32,000 nucleotides of DNA from contig PFCY01000067.1 of NCBI GenBank assembly GCA_002763085.1, positions 1-32,000 of the forward strand, read 5' to 3'. Origin of the DNA: Candidatus Pacearchaeota archaeon CG10_big_fil_rev_8_21_14_0_10_32_14. GTDB lineage: Archaea > Nanobdellota > Nanobdellia > Pacearchaeales > GW2011-AR1. The first letter of the stretch is position 1. Each line of letters begins with the position of its first letter. The position numbers were made by a program, and so were the translations under genes. Positions 1-8,355 of this stretch are shown here, one piece after another. The notes beneath the pieces were generated by a model. It did no database searches and had not been told where the DNA came from. It saw nothing but the letters and a program-made list of their open reading frames with translations.

Positions 1-419
1 TAAGATACTTTATGAAATATACTGAATTCAAGCAGAATATGGGGAAATATTTACGTCCTTAACTATAGTTATTATGCAAGAAGATTAAATCTAGATGGAA
101 CATATAATCCTCAGGGAGAATTAATATTTTTTTCTTTAGATGAAGTAAATCATAAAGTTGAAAAAGTGAAAGTTGTTGGAAAACTTAGAAGAACGGTTGA
201 TTTCAAAAAATAAAAAATAAAAAAGTATTCTATTTAAAAAAGTATGAAGAATGTTTGCTTTGATAGGAGGTTTTGATTGTCCAAATTATTTGTAAGATGT
301 ATAAATATTGCAGATACTCCAAGTAAATAATAACTTTAACTTATTCTAAGTTAATTTTATCACCTTTTTTTCTTATCATCAATTACATTCAAAATTTTTC
401 CATTAATCCTCGTCATCAC

Positions 420-478
420 CGAAGAAATTCAAACGGAGTGGAATTTCTGAGTCATAAATAAGCGAGCGAAAGCGAACG
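420..478 (-). repeat. Conserved intergenic element, copy A (core). Read on the minus strand: TCGCTCGCTTATTTATGACTCAGAAATTC-N10-GAATTTCTTCG. It is the inverted paralog of 29386..29451.
   Basis: Hand alignment of the reverse complement of 420..478 with 29401..29451 gives about 80% identity. Both copies share a TTATTTAT(G/A)A TATA-like box and a GAAATTC/GAATTTC hairpin. Weaker collinear similarity (ATG(G)AAAA(A)TTTT, TAAGTTA, GGAGTATCT, AATAA(A)TTT(T)GAC) extends to about position 240. Confidence 0.6.
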
Positions 479-512
479 CTATTCTTAAAAACTATTCTCA
501 ATTAACTTTATT

Positions 513-1049
513 ATGAAAAACAAAAAAGGAGATGCTTTAAATATTCTATATCGATATATAATTTTATTATTGATAGCAATTCCAGGCATTTCTATTTTTT
601 ATTTTCTATTTACCTCATTAACAATTTATCCTGTTTATTACTTAGTTCAAATTTATTCTAAAGCAACACTGTATGGAAACTTGATAACTCTATCAAACAA
701 CATTTCTTTGGAAATAGTTGGGGCTTGTGTCGCTGGTTCAGCTTACTTGCTTTTAACAATCCTTAATTTATCTACCTCTAACATAAAACTAAAAAAGAGA
801 ATTCTCATGCTCCTGTCATCATATTTTATTTTTTTAATTTTTAATATAATCAGGATCGTATTTCTCGGATATCTAGTATTTATTGGATCCGCTTACTTTG
901 ACATTGTTCATTCAGTTTTATGGTATGGAATAAGCACCATTTTCGTTGTTGCATTATGGTTTGCTCAAATTCATTATTTCAAAGTCAATTCAATTCCGAT
1001 CTATTCAGACATAAAATTCCTTTATAAAAATTCTACTTTATTAAAATAA
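513..1049 (+). CDS. Exosortase/archaeosortase-family membrane protein (pacearchaeosortase-like), 178 aa
   Basis: Polytopic hydrophobic protein carrying the family's catalytic-triad context: Cys72 in EIVGACVAGS, Arg114 in FNIIRIVFLG, His133 in FDIVHSVLWYG. The small size is typical of the DPANN-type archaeosortases. Confidence 0.6.
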   Translation: MKNKKGDALNILYRYIILLLIAIPGISIFYFLFTSLTIYPVYYLVQIYSKATLYGNLITLSNNISLEIVGACVAGSAYLLLTILNLSTSNIKLKKRILMLLSSYFIFLIFNIIRIVFLGYLVFIGSAYFDIVHSVLWYGISTIFVVALWFAQIHYFKVNSIPIYSDIKFLYKNSTLLK

Positions 1050-1724
1050 TGAATTTGAACTTTTTTTAGTTTCATTCAAAACATTAGAGTCTTTTAAAAC
1101 TTCGACAACATATCTTTCTGTTCCCTCAAGTATCTTACAGTCTTTTACATAAATTTTATAACATGATGGACCATACTGTTCGATCATAGTTTCATTTCCA
1201 TATTGAATATCAACAATAGTATATCTTCCTTGGCTATCACAAGTTGCATTAGGATCTATTATTGCCTTAATTTTAACAGCATTAAGAATTTGCACCATAT
1301 TTGCGATTGCAATCACTCCCTTTCCTCCACAACCAAATTCATCTGTATTATTTAAGACCAACATTTCCCTTTTATTCATTTCACCCTCAAATTCTATTTT
1401 TTGAAGTTCTCTTGGGTCCGTTCTAAGATAAACATTATAATTGATTTTTTTTGTGTTATCATAAATAACAAAAGAGGTATGATAAAAAGATAATTTTCCA
1501 TCTTTAATGATGTCATAATTAAATCCCCCATCATTAAATTTATTTAAAGATTGATTAAACATATAAAATGATAAAACCCCGACTATCCCCACAAAAGAAA
1601 GTATTAAAATCCAAGTCAAAATCTTATTATATTTCTTATCCTCTGCTTCTTTCAAATCATCCTTTTCCGGAGTTCCATTGACGACAGGTGGAGTCGTTTC
1701 TTCAATTTCCTCTTCTTCATCCAT
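1041..1724 (-). CDS. Hypothetical single-pass membrane protein (acidic N-terminus, TM helix, ~170-aa extracytoplasmic domain with Cys pairs)
   Basis: 227-aa ORF. TM segment ILTWILILSFVGIVGVLSFYMF follows the acidic stretch MDEEEEIEE. No family recognised. Confidence 0.5.
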   Translation of the reverse strand: MDEEEEIEETTPPVVNGTPEKDDLKEAEDKKYNKILTWILILSFVGIVGVLSFYMFNQSLNKFNDGGFNYDIIKDGKLSFYHTSFVIYDNTKKINYNVYLRTDPRELQKIEFEGEMNKREMLVLNNTDEFGCGGKGVIAIANMVQILNAVKIKAIIDPNATCDSQGRYTIVDIQYGNETMIEQYGPSCYKIYVKDCKILEGTERYVVEVLKDSNVLNETKKSSNSLF

Positions 1725-1780
1725 AAATTATTCAATTCATAATCCCTTTTAAGTGTTATTATATTCGGATATTTATAAGA

Positions 1781-2371
1781 TTATTTTACTCCAAGAATAT
1801 TAAAAAGCGCTTCATCAGAAAGCATAGACAGATCAGATTCCTTCCCCTCAATGATCAAGCAGTTTTGCTCTTGTCTTATTGAATTAGTTTCATTCACTTT
1901 GATGATAATAAAATTATCACTGCACGATTTAACTATCATATCTTGAGGACAATCTTTCTCAACAAAACATGCTTCTTGAATTCTCTCGACATATGGATTA
2001 AGGTTCGTCGCTAAATCACCAAGAGCAAAATCGTTTCCTGTAGAATAATATAAAGGTTTGCTATAATAATTATTTATTGGATTAATGACGCCCTTCTCAT
2101 AACTGACTGTATTCGTCTGCTTTGGATTAAACTGAAATATGTAATTCACTCCATTTATATTGCTTGTCCAATAGCCGTTTGAATACTCAAATTTATAATT
2201 ATTATAATCCACCTTTGTCGTCGATGTTGAACCGGACCCGCCTTGACCCGATGAAGTAAATGCATATCCGAGCGTGCTTAAAAGCATTAAAAATACAAAA
2301 ACTCCTCCGATGATATAAGCGCTTCGTCTTTTCTTTTTATCTGCATCTGTCTTAGACATCAATTTTCTCAT
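1781..2371 (-). CDS. Hypothetical membrane-anchored or secreted protein
   Basis: 196-aa ORF with a basic N-terminus (KKKRRSAY), the hydrophobic helix IIGGVFVFLMLLSTLGYAF, and a Ser/Gly/Thr linker. Confidence 0.5.
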   Translation of the reverse strand: MRKLMSKTDADKKKRRSAYIIGGVFVFLMLLSTLGYAFTSSGQGGSGSTSTTKVDYNNYKFEYSNGYWTSNINGVNYIFQFNPKQTNTVSYEKGVINPINNYYSKPLYYSTGNDFALGDLATNLNPYVERIQEACFVEKDCPQDMIVKSCSDNFIIIKVNETNSIRQEQNCLIIEGKESDLSMLSDEALFNILGVK

Positions 2372-2450
2372 TAAAATGAACTTATTTGCTCATTTAAATA
2401 TTTTTTCAAATCTCTACTTCTTTTAAAAAATAATAAAATTAGATTAGTAT

Positions 2451-2485
2451 AAAGAAAAAAAATAAAATAAAAAAAGAAAAAAAAG
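2451..2485 (-). terminator. Oligo-T tracts (archaeal-type terminator) just downstream of the S-layer-like gene
   Basis: The minus strand reads TTTTTTTTCTTTTTTTATTTTATTTTTTTT, starting 13 nt after the stop at 2498. Confidence 0.4.
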
Positions 2486-2497
2486 TTTATTATTGAC

Positions 2498-4993
2498 CTA
2501 ACAACCGCTTAAGCAGACATCAGTACCTGTAACTCCTACAGTCCAGATATAAGCATTACCAGCAGTAGTAGCAACCGTTTCCGGTTCATTTACTAATCTG
2601 TCAGTAGCAGCTTTTGTATCATCAGCACTGTATCCAGCAGCGATTAAAGCAATCTTTCCTGTTGAGAATTTATCAGCAACAATTTGGATCAAGTATTTGT
2701 TTTCACCAACACTTGTTTTAGCGACCCAGTCGCTTCCACATGTTCCAGATGTAACACCTAAAGCTTCAGCAGTAGCAGTGTTTACACATGATCCTCCAAC
2801 TAGAATGACATTCTTGTCTTTCCATTGGTCTTTTTCAGAATCCATATAAACCATATTTCCTGCCTCTCCTGTTGATGAACTACTAGCTTCAGACAAATAT
2901 GCCTCAGCGTAAGTTTCAGAATCTCCAGTAGGATAGTAAATCTCTACATAGTCTTCATTAGGTTTTGTGTAATGAATAATTCTTGAAGCAACATCATCTT
3001 TGATGTATGTTTCATATGAACTTGTCTCACCTAATTCTAAACCAGCATTCTGTATATTATTGATTGCAACGCCACCGCTTACAGCACCATTGACTTGTGA
3101 TATTTGTAAATTATTATCACTTGTATCATCAATAGTTATGTTAAAAGCATCGCCAGCAGCAACATTATCATCTTTATCTTCATCAAAGAAGTGCATTCCA
3201 TAAGACGCCATACCATATCCAGCAGTAGCAGTAGAATTTGGAGTGTATTCTTCTCCAGAACCAACACTATCAGTATCATTTATTTGGAAAGCTCCAGGTG
3301 TATTTGCAGATCCAGATATAACAGGGTAAGGAAGTTGTATCTTTAATCCTCCAGCAGTATATATCGTGCTAAAGTTTACATTTGAAGATGCAGTAAATAA
3401 TGCAGTCTCATTTCCTCCTGCAGTATATTGGACACTTGTGATAGTAAATGTAACATCTCCTATGTCACAATCATCACCAGCAATTTTTCCTCCACAAACT
3501 TCTACCCAATCATTAACAGCACCAGAATACTTATCAATTGTAGTTTCATTTCTATTATCTCCTGAGTCATAAGCAATCTTAGCTCTTAACAAGTAAGATT
3601 CAGAATCAGTAGTTGTAGCATATGAAGCAACAAAATACTTATGATAATCTGCACCACTCTGCTTCTCATAGTATTTTAGAGTTGTATTTCCAGATGTAGC
3701 TAGTCTATCATCAGACGCCTTTCCTATTCCAACTAAATCTCCAGTAGCATTTGCATACAATATATCAAAATTAACATTTCCATCTTTAATTGGAAGAGAT
3801 AATTCAATATTTGTACCCGAATCTCTTTCTACAATGATTTTCTCTTCTTCATTTCTCTTTAAGTCATTCATAGAAAACTTAACTGCTTTAAACCCAGGCA
3901 TAGTTAAATCAACAACTGGAGAAACGAAAGCTTCATCATCCGTCTTCCATTCTATTTCGATTTTATCTACCTTTATGGTTGTTGCAGTACCAGACCCATT
4001 GTATACCCATCCTTTAAGTCCAGTGATTGTATCATCGTTAAGCTTTATATCGCTTCCTGAAGTTATCTCTAATTTTCCAGTACCAATACTGAACGAAACA
4101 CTTCCTGTTTCTCCAGATACTTCAAGTTTGCTGATATCTCTAACTCCTATAAATGAACCATCAGAAAGTTTGTGAGTTTCTCCTTTTGAGAGTTTATCAT
4201 TTCCAGGAACAACAACACCATCAACAGTGAATTTAACTTCATCGTTGTCAATAAATGCTATTCCAACCTCATGACCTCCCACAGTAGCAGTTTCTCCTTC
4301 AGATACACTTCCAACTTCAGCAGAATCAAGTAAAGTTAGTTTCCCTAAGAAACCAGCACTACCTCCGCTAACATCAAAGTCAGATACGTAATATTCTTTT
4401 CCAAGAAGAGGGATTACGCTTGTTTCAATATCTTCAGCTTCTCCGCTTACAACATCTGATTCTGGATCTGATGTAAATTGTAAAGTGTAATTCATAACCC
4501 ATGTACTAGACGGAATCTGGAATCCAATAACTGGTGTCTTATCACTAAGCCCAGCAGCTTCTTCATAATCAGAATCTCTAAAATGTTTTAATTCAGGTTT
4601 TCCTAAAATAATAGTTTGTTCATAATCGTAAGTATCACTATCAGAAGCAGAATAAGTTCCATCTGCTAATAATATACTTAAATCATCATTATTTATAGTT
4701 CCTGTTAAAACAGCCCATGTGTTATTTATATTCAGATGATCACTACTTTTTCCTATCATAACACTATCACCGGTCGGAGTTCCTCCGCTAGTTGGTACTT
4801 TGTCTGCTAAATAGCTCGATATACTATTTGCAGCAGTTAAATCCGCAGATGGCGGAGCACTAGCACCATATACAATAGCTGGAGTAGATGACGTGAATCC
4901 TGTTGGGAAATTTGCAGCAGCTGCAAAACCCGCAGTACTTCCAATCATTACAGCGCCCGTTAATATTGCCGATATTTTTCGAAAGTTAAACAT
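2498..4993 (-). CDS. S-layer-like major surface (glyco)protein, 831 aa
   Basis: Sec-type signal peptide (MFNFRKISAILTGAVMIGSTAGFAAAA). Long Thr/Ser/Gly/Asp-rich sequence with many N-x-S/T sites and almost no Cys. The C-terminal region with ILVGGSCVNTATAEAL resembles the (I/V)VGGP..N motif of methanogen S-layer proteins. Strong SD: GGAGGT 9 nt upstream of the ATG. Confidence 0.6.
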   Translation of the reverse strand: MFNFRKISAILTGAVMIGSTAGFAAAANFPTGFTSSTPAIVYGASAPPSADLTAANSISSYLADKVPTSGGTPTGDSVMIGKSSDHLNINNTWAVLTGTINNDDLSILLADGTYSASDSDTYDYEQTIILGKPELKHFRDSDYEEAAGLSDKTPVIGFQIPSSTWVMNYTLQFTSDPESDVVSGEAEDIETSVIPLLGKEYYVSDFDVSGGSAGFLGKLTLLDSAEVGSVSEGETATVGGHEVGIAFIDNDEVKFTVDGVVVPGNDKLSKGETHKLSDGSFIGVRDISKLEVSGETGSVSFSIGTGKLEITSGSDIKLNDDTITGLKGWVYNGSGTATTIKVDKIEIEWKTDDEAFVSPVVDLTMPGFKAVKFSMNDLKRNEEEKIIVERDSGTNIELSLPIKDGNVNFDILYANATGDLVGIGKASDDRLATSGNTTLKYYEKQSGADYHKYFVASYATTTDSESYLLRAKIAYDSGDNRNETTIDKYSGAVNDWVEVCGGKIAGDDCDIGDVTFTITSVQYTAGGNETALFTASSNVNFSTIYTAGGLKIQLPYPVISGSANTPGAFQINDTDSVGSGEEYTPNSTATAGYGMASYGMHFFDEDKDDNVAAGDAFNITIDDTSDNNLQISQVNGAVSGGVAINNIQNAGLELGETSSYETYIKDDVASRIIHYTKPNEDYVEIYYPTGDSETYAEAYLSEASSSSTGEAGNMVYMDSEKDQWKDKNVILVGGSCVNTATAEALGVTSGTCGSDWVAKTSVGENKYLIQIVADKFSTGKIALIAAGYSADDTKAATDRLVNEPETVATTAGNAYIWTVGVTGTDVCLSGC

Positions 4994-5321
4994 TTTTTTA
5001 ATAACCTCCTTTCACCTTTATGAGTATTGCCCAAAAGGCAACCCAGTACGGTTAATACTGTGTAAATATAAAAATCAAATTTTCTTTATAAAGGGTATAG
5101 GTTTAACCCTAAAAACACCCCTTTTTATCAATTTTCCCCATATTTATTTATAAATATAGCGATACCATTAAATAGTGAAATATACCTTACCTACATATCG
5201 AACGAAAGGTTTATTAATATATGGTACATTATTATAATATATATTATTTGATAACCAATAACTCTATAATATATATTACAGATATATAAATAAATAAAAC
5301 CCCTATTCAAAATTTATTAAA

Positions 5322-5672
5322 ATGGCGTCGAAGATAAGAGAAATCACAATTACACAGTCAAAGGGTGCCTTTTCTATATTTAGAAGACAAGAGTCAGGTA
5401 AAGAAGACTATGATTTTTCCGGAGTATTAGCATTAAGACAATTATTGAGTAATGAGAAAGCAAGAATACTTCATGTCATTAAAACCCAGAACCCGTCTTC
5501 AATATATGACCTCGCTAAAAAGCTCAGTCGCAGTTTTAAATCAGTAAACGACGACATAAAACTTCTCGAGCGTTTCGGTCTTGTTGAATTATCTCAGGAA
5601 AAAACAAAAAATCGAATTCGCCATAAACCCAAACTAGTTAGCGATCATATTACTATTAATCTTAAGATATAA
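5322..5672 (+). CDS. Winged helix-turn-helix DNA-binding protein (ArsR/MarR-like putative regulator)
   Basis: 116 aa. Has the pattern ARILHVIKTQNPSSIYDLAKKLSRSFKSVNDDIKLLERFGLVEL, typical of wHTH proteins. It is convergent with the pilin-like array, with stops abutting at 5672/5673. Confidence 0.5.
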   Translation: MASKIREITITQSKGAFSIFRRQESGKEDYDFSGVLALRQLLSNEKARILHVIKTQNPSSIYDLAKKLSRSFKSVNDDIKLLERFGLVELSQEKTKNRIRHKPKLVSDHITINLKI

Positions 5673-6167
5673 CTATTTAGTATAAATTCTCATATCAATT
5701 TTTAGGTCATCTTTCACATTCTTTGTCGGTCCCAAAAAACTCCTTGACGTATTTCCGTAACTGATATTGACTAATGTTTCTCCATCATCAATAATAGCTA
5801 GAGAATAACCTACCATTCCTCCCCTATCATCCGAACTCCAACTCGAGTTCATTATTCCAGTAAGTTCCCTCTCCAAAACCTCACAGCTATCTTTAGAATC
5901 ATAGCACTTCTTTCCTTGAGAACAGTCTTTTATTAAATGAACAATATTCCTATAATCATATTGCGACGTAAGTGCACATTTCGTCGTATACTGTTTCATG
6001 GCTGAAATAAAGCTATCCACCTCATAACTTTCAATCTCTTTCTCACCTTTTTTGTTTACCGAAAAAGCTAAGAAAACGAGTATTATTATCATGACTAGCA
6101 CAATAATTAAAACAAAACCCACCATTTCCTCCTGCCCCCTTCTTTTATAAACCCTCACTTTTTTCAT
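5673..6167 (-). CDS. Pilin-like protein with class-III-type signal peptide (164 aa)
   Basis: N-terminus KRRGQEEMVGFVLIIVLVMIIILVFLAF (basic residues, Gly, short polar stretch, then a hydrophobic helix). ATGA overlap with the upstream gene. Confidence 0.5.
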   Translation of the reverse strand: MKKVRVYKRRGQEEMVGFVLIIVLVMIIILVFLAFSVNKKGEKEIESYEVDSFISAMKQYTTKCALTSQYDYRNIVHLIKDCSQGKKCYDSKDSCEVLERELTGIMNSSWSSDDRGGMVGYSLAIIDDGETLVNISYGNTSRSFLGPTKNVKDDLKIDMRIYTK

Positions 6168-6730
6168 TTTGCTATCTCCTTATTTTCGTATCTTATTTTA
6201 ATTTTGGCAAGCTCACATACCTCAATATTTTTCGTCTCTTCCCTATTATAGATATCTTTTCTGCATAAAGCGACATAGTTTGTAACATAACTTTTTTTGT
6301 TGACTTTTTCATTATATATTGTTATATCTCTACAATTAGGATAATTCTGGAAAGAACATGTAACATTTGACAATAGTTTGGGATAAATTTTCTCTATTTG
6401 AATTTCTGCAACTCCCCAAAAATCACCATAATTCTTTGATTGATCTTTTAGGATCATTAATTTGTCAAAATCTACACAATCAACCTCTCCATCCCTAAAT
6501 GACCGCCCGCATGAAAATTCAGGAGAATTCGCAAGTTTTGAAATTAATTTTCTTGCATTTTGTTCTTCAAGTTCAGTTGCCTTAGCCCTAAGATTACTCA
6601 CTTGATAAACCATAAAGAACATTCCGATTAAAACAAAGAATATCATAATTGCAATTAACATGAACGCCATCTGTTGAATTTTTAATTGACCCAATCTTCT
6701 ACCAAAGACCGCATATTCCGCTATTTCCAT
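6164..6730 (-). CDS. Pilin-like protein with class-III-type signal peptide (188 aa)
   Basis: N-terminus GRRLGQLKIQQMAFMLIAIMIFFVLIGMFFMVY. The start overlaps the upstream gene by 32 nt. Confidence 0.45.
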   Translation of the reverse strand: MEIAEYAVFGRRLGQLKIQQMAFMLIAIMIFFVLIGMFFMVYQVSNLRAKATELEEQNARKLISKLANSPEFSCGRSFRDGEVDCVDFDKLMILKDQSKNYGDFWGVAEIQIEKIYPKLLSNVTCSFQNYPNCRDITIYNEKVNKKSYVTNYVALCRKDIYNREETKNIEVCELAKIKIRYENKEIAK

Positions 6731-7625
6731 TTTTTACCTCCAATTCCTTTACTTGCATTGACATTTGACTTAATGATCTTGAACTTGAATATGTAGAAAC
6801 AGAAATTCCAAGCGTTCCCAAATCCGGCGCCATATTATTCTGACATCCTCTAAGGTTCAAGAAAATAGCTTTTTTCTCATATATTGTATTAAGTTGCTCC
6901 ATTCTTTTCATAAGTCGCTTTATCTGACATTCATAATAATCTTTATCACTAAAAACAGCGCCATAAATCAAATTTCCATCAAAATACAACTCCTCTCCGT
7001 CTTTCACAACATATCCTTGATCATATTTAACAACGACATCACAATTTCTATCACTTGAAAAACAAATTCTTTTCGCTTTCGATGAACAATCAGGATTTAT
7101 CTTAAAATTATCTTGCGATAATCTCCGTAAATCACTTTTTATTTCTGAAGGTGGATCGACAAAACAAAATTCATCGTCTTCACTTGTAATTATTATCATA
7201 TCTGCAACTTTATATGGATAATCAAACGGCATAATAAATAAATAAAATTTCTTTCCTTCTATCTCTTTCTCTGAAAAAATATACTTATTCTGAAAACTCA
7301 CACTATCACTCTGTTCACTAAATTTTCCTAAAGACTCATGCGCAGTGCTTATCGATTGAGATCCAAAGTTTCCATAATCGTCACATTCGAAATCTAGCCT
7401 ACTTCTAGATGGTGTTTCTATAAAATTTGATGAACCACTCTCAATTCCAATCTCAAAAGGATTGAGTAATGTGCCAAGTTCTTTAGAAGAAGCAGTATCT
7501 ATTTCATTATTTTTAAGTCCTATAAATTTTTGAGCCATAAAAAAAGCAAATGCAAGTATTATGACCCCTGCCATTATCGCAAACATCCAACCAAAAGAAA
7601 TATCTAGATAACCTCTTTTCTCCAT
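6699..7625 (-). CDS. Pilin-like protein with class-III-type signal peptide (308 aa)
   Basis: N-terminus MEKRGYLDISFGWMFAIMAGVIILAFAFFMA. Only 1 nt separates it from the upstream stop. Confidence 0.45.
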   Translation of the reverse strand: MEKRGYLDISFGWMFAIMAGVIILAFAFFMAQKFIGLKNNEIDTASSKELGTLLNPFEIGIESGSSNFIETPSRSRLDFECDDYGNFGSQSISTAHESLGKFSEQSDSVSFQNKYIFSEKEIEGKKFYLFIMPFDYPYKVADMIIITSEDDEFCFVDPPSEIKSDLRRLSQDNFKINPDCSSKAKRICFSSDRNCDVVVKYDQGYVVKDGEELYFDGNLIYGAVFSDKDYYECQIKRLMKRMEQLNTIYEKKAIFLNLRGCQNNMAPDLGTLGISVSTYSSSRSLSQMSMQVKELEVKNGNSGICGLW

Positions 7626-7626
7626 T

Positions 7627-8178
7627 TTAGTTCGCCTTTTTTATGATTACGAGTGAACTTCCCTCAACTCTATTTAATGTCACACTTAATTTTCCATCGA
7701 CAGTATCAATGCAATAAGGATTTGTCGTTTTTGTAATTTCATCTAAGTTTATATTATCCATAGTCACAGAATCAACTCCCACACTTGATTTTTCTGGATA
7801 AAAATACATATTTTGTCCGTCTCCAGAATAGAACCCCATTGTCGAATATATTTCTGTACTGCCTCTTCCCCGAACACAACCCCTTCCAGAAGTGACCCCA
7901 CAATTATAATCAATAAAACAAATTTTATCGATTCCTTTCGGAAAAGAATATTCTCCTAAAGAATCGTAATTTCCCCCAGAATTTTTGTGCATATCATTAA
8001 TATCATCTTGAAAATCTTTAATTGAAGTATTCACTTTTATGAATTTTTGAGTATTAAGAACTTTTATTATTGCATAAAATGCCAGCGCCATAAAAATAAT
8101 TATTAACAGAATAGAAAAAATCATCCCAAAAGATAATTCCATCGCACCGATTTTCTTAATTCTTTTCCCTCTTTTCAT
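7627..8178 (-). CDS. Pilin-like protein with class-III-type signal peptide (183 aa)
   Basis: N-terminus KRIKKIGAMELSFGMIFSILLIIIFMALAFYAI. A GGAG lies 6 nt upstream of the ATG and is supplied by the last 37-bp repeat unit. Confidence 0.5.
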   Translation of the reverse strand: MKRGKRIKKIGAMELSFGMIFSILLIIIFMALAFYAIIKVLNTQKFIKVNTSIKDFQDDINDMHKNSGGNYDSLGEYSFPKGIDKICFIDYNCGVTSGRGCVRGRGSTEIYSTMGFYSGDGQNMYFYPEKSSVGVDSVTMDNINLDEITKTTNPYCIDTVDGKLSVTLNRVEGSSLVIIKKAN

Positions 8179-8292
8179 TTTTTTCTCCAGGGTCTTTTTC
8201 TAAAAGAGCCCCCCGTTTTTTCTCCAGGGTCTTTTTCTAAAAGAGCCCCCCGTTTTTTCTCCAGGGTCTTTTTCTAAAAGAGCCTTTTTCAT
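8179..8292 (-). repeat. Tandem 37-bp repeat x3 (8179..8215, 8216..8252, truncated 8253..8284), followed by a relic ATG at 8292..8290
   Basis: Plus-strand unit ttttttctccagggtctttttctaaaagagccccccg. The first two copies are identical. Each unit contains the imperfect palindrome GGGTCTTTT-TCT-AAAAGAGCC (9-bp arms, 1 mismatch). Confidence 0.9.
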
Positions 8293-8314
8293 TAACAATG
8301 ATAGAATTAATTAC

Positions 8315-8321
8315 TTATAAA
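8315..8321 (-). promoter_or_regulatory. TATA-like box (TTTATAA on the minus strand) upstream of the 37-bp repeat leader
   Basis: It lies 23 nt upstream of position 8292 in the 177-bp gap after the G2b stop. This spacing would place the TSS near the start of the repeat array. Confidence 0.3.
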
Positions 8322-8355
8322 TTATTCTTCCTCTTGATTCTGACTTAAAATAAAT

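Noticed and set aside
13-213. Stop-to-stop open frame ending ...GKLRRTVDFKK with protein-like sequence
   Set aside because: There is no ATG, GTG or TTG start giving a reasonable length, and in-frame stops lie at nt 1-3 and 10-12. It may be a decayed gene remnant, but I cannot support that without a homology search.
361-420. C/D-box sRNA next to element A (GTGATGA and TTGATGA on the minus strand)
   Set aside because: No correctly spaced CUGA D or D' boxes follow the C-like boxes, and the partner element B lacks these boxes.
3000-4175. Three plus-strand ORFs (67-113 aa) inside the S-layer-like gene
   Set aside because: They are antisense shadow ORFs within a long, well-supported minus-strand gene, and none has a start context.
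4893-5153. 86-aa plus-strand ORF spanning the S-layer gene start and its upstream region
   Set aside because: It overlaps the signal-peptide codons of the S-layer-like gene on the opposite strand and runs through its SD and promoter. It is not credible as a gene.
5154-5321. Possible small RNA or regulatory repeats in the 330-bp divergent region between the S-layer-like gene and the wHTH gene
   Set aside because: I could see only simple AT-rich (TATA-like) sequence. There is no convincing palindrome, repeat or structured segment beyond what two divergent promoters would produce.
8179-8292. The 37-bp palindromic repeats as a CRISPR array
   Set aside because: The units are directly adjacent with no spacers, there are only three of them, and no cas genes are nearby. 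This is a tandem repeat, not a CRISPR array.
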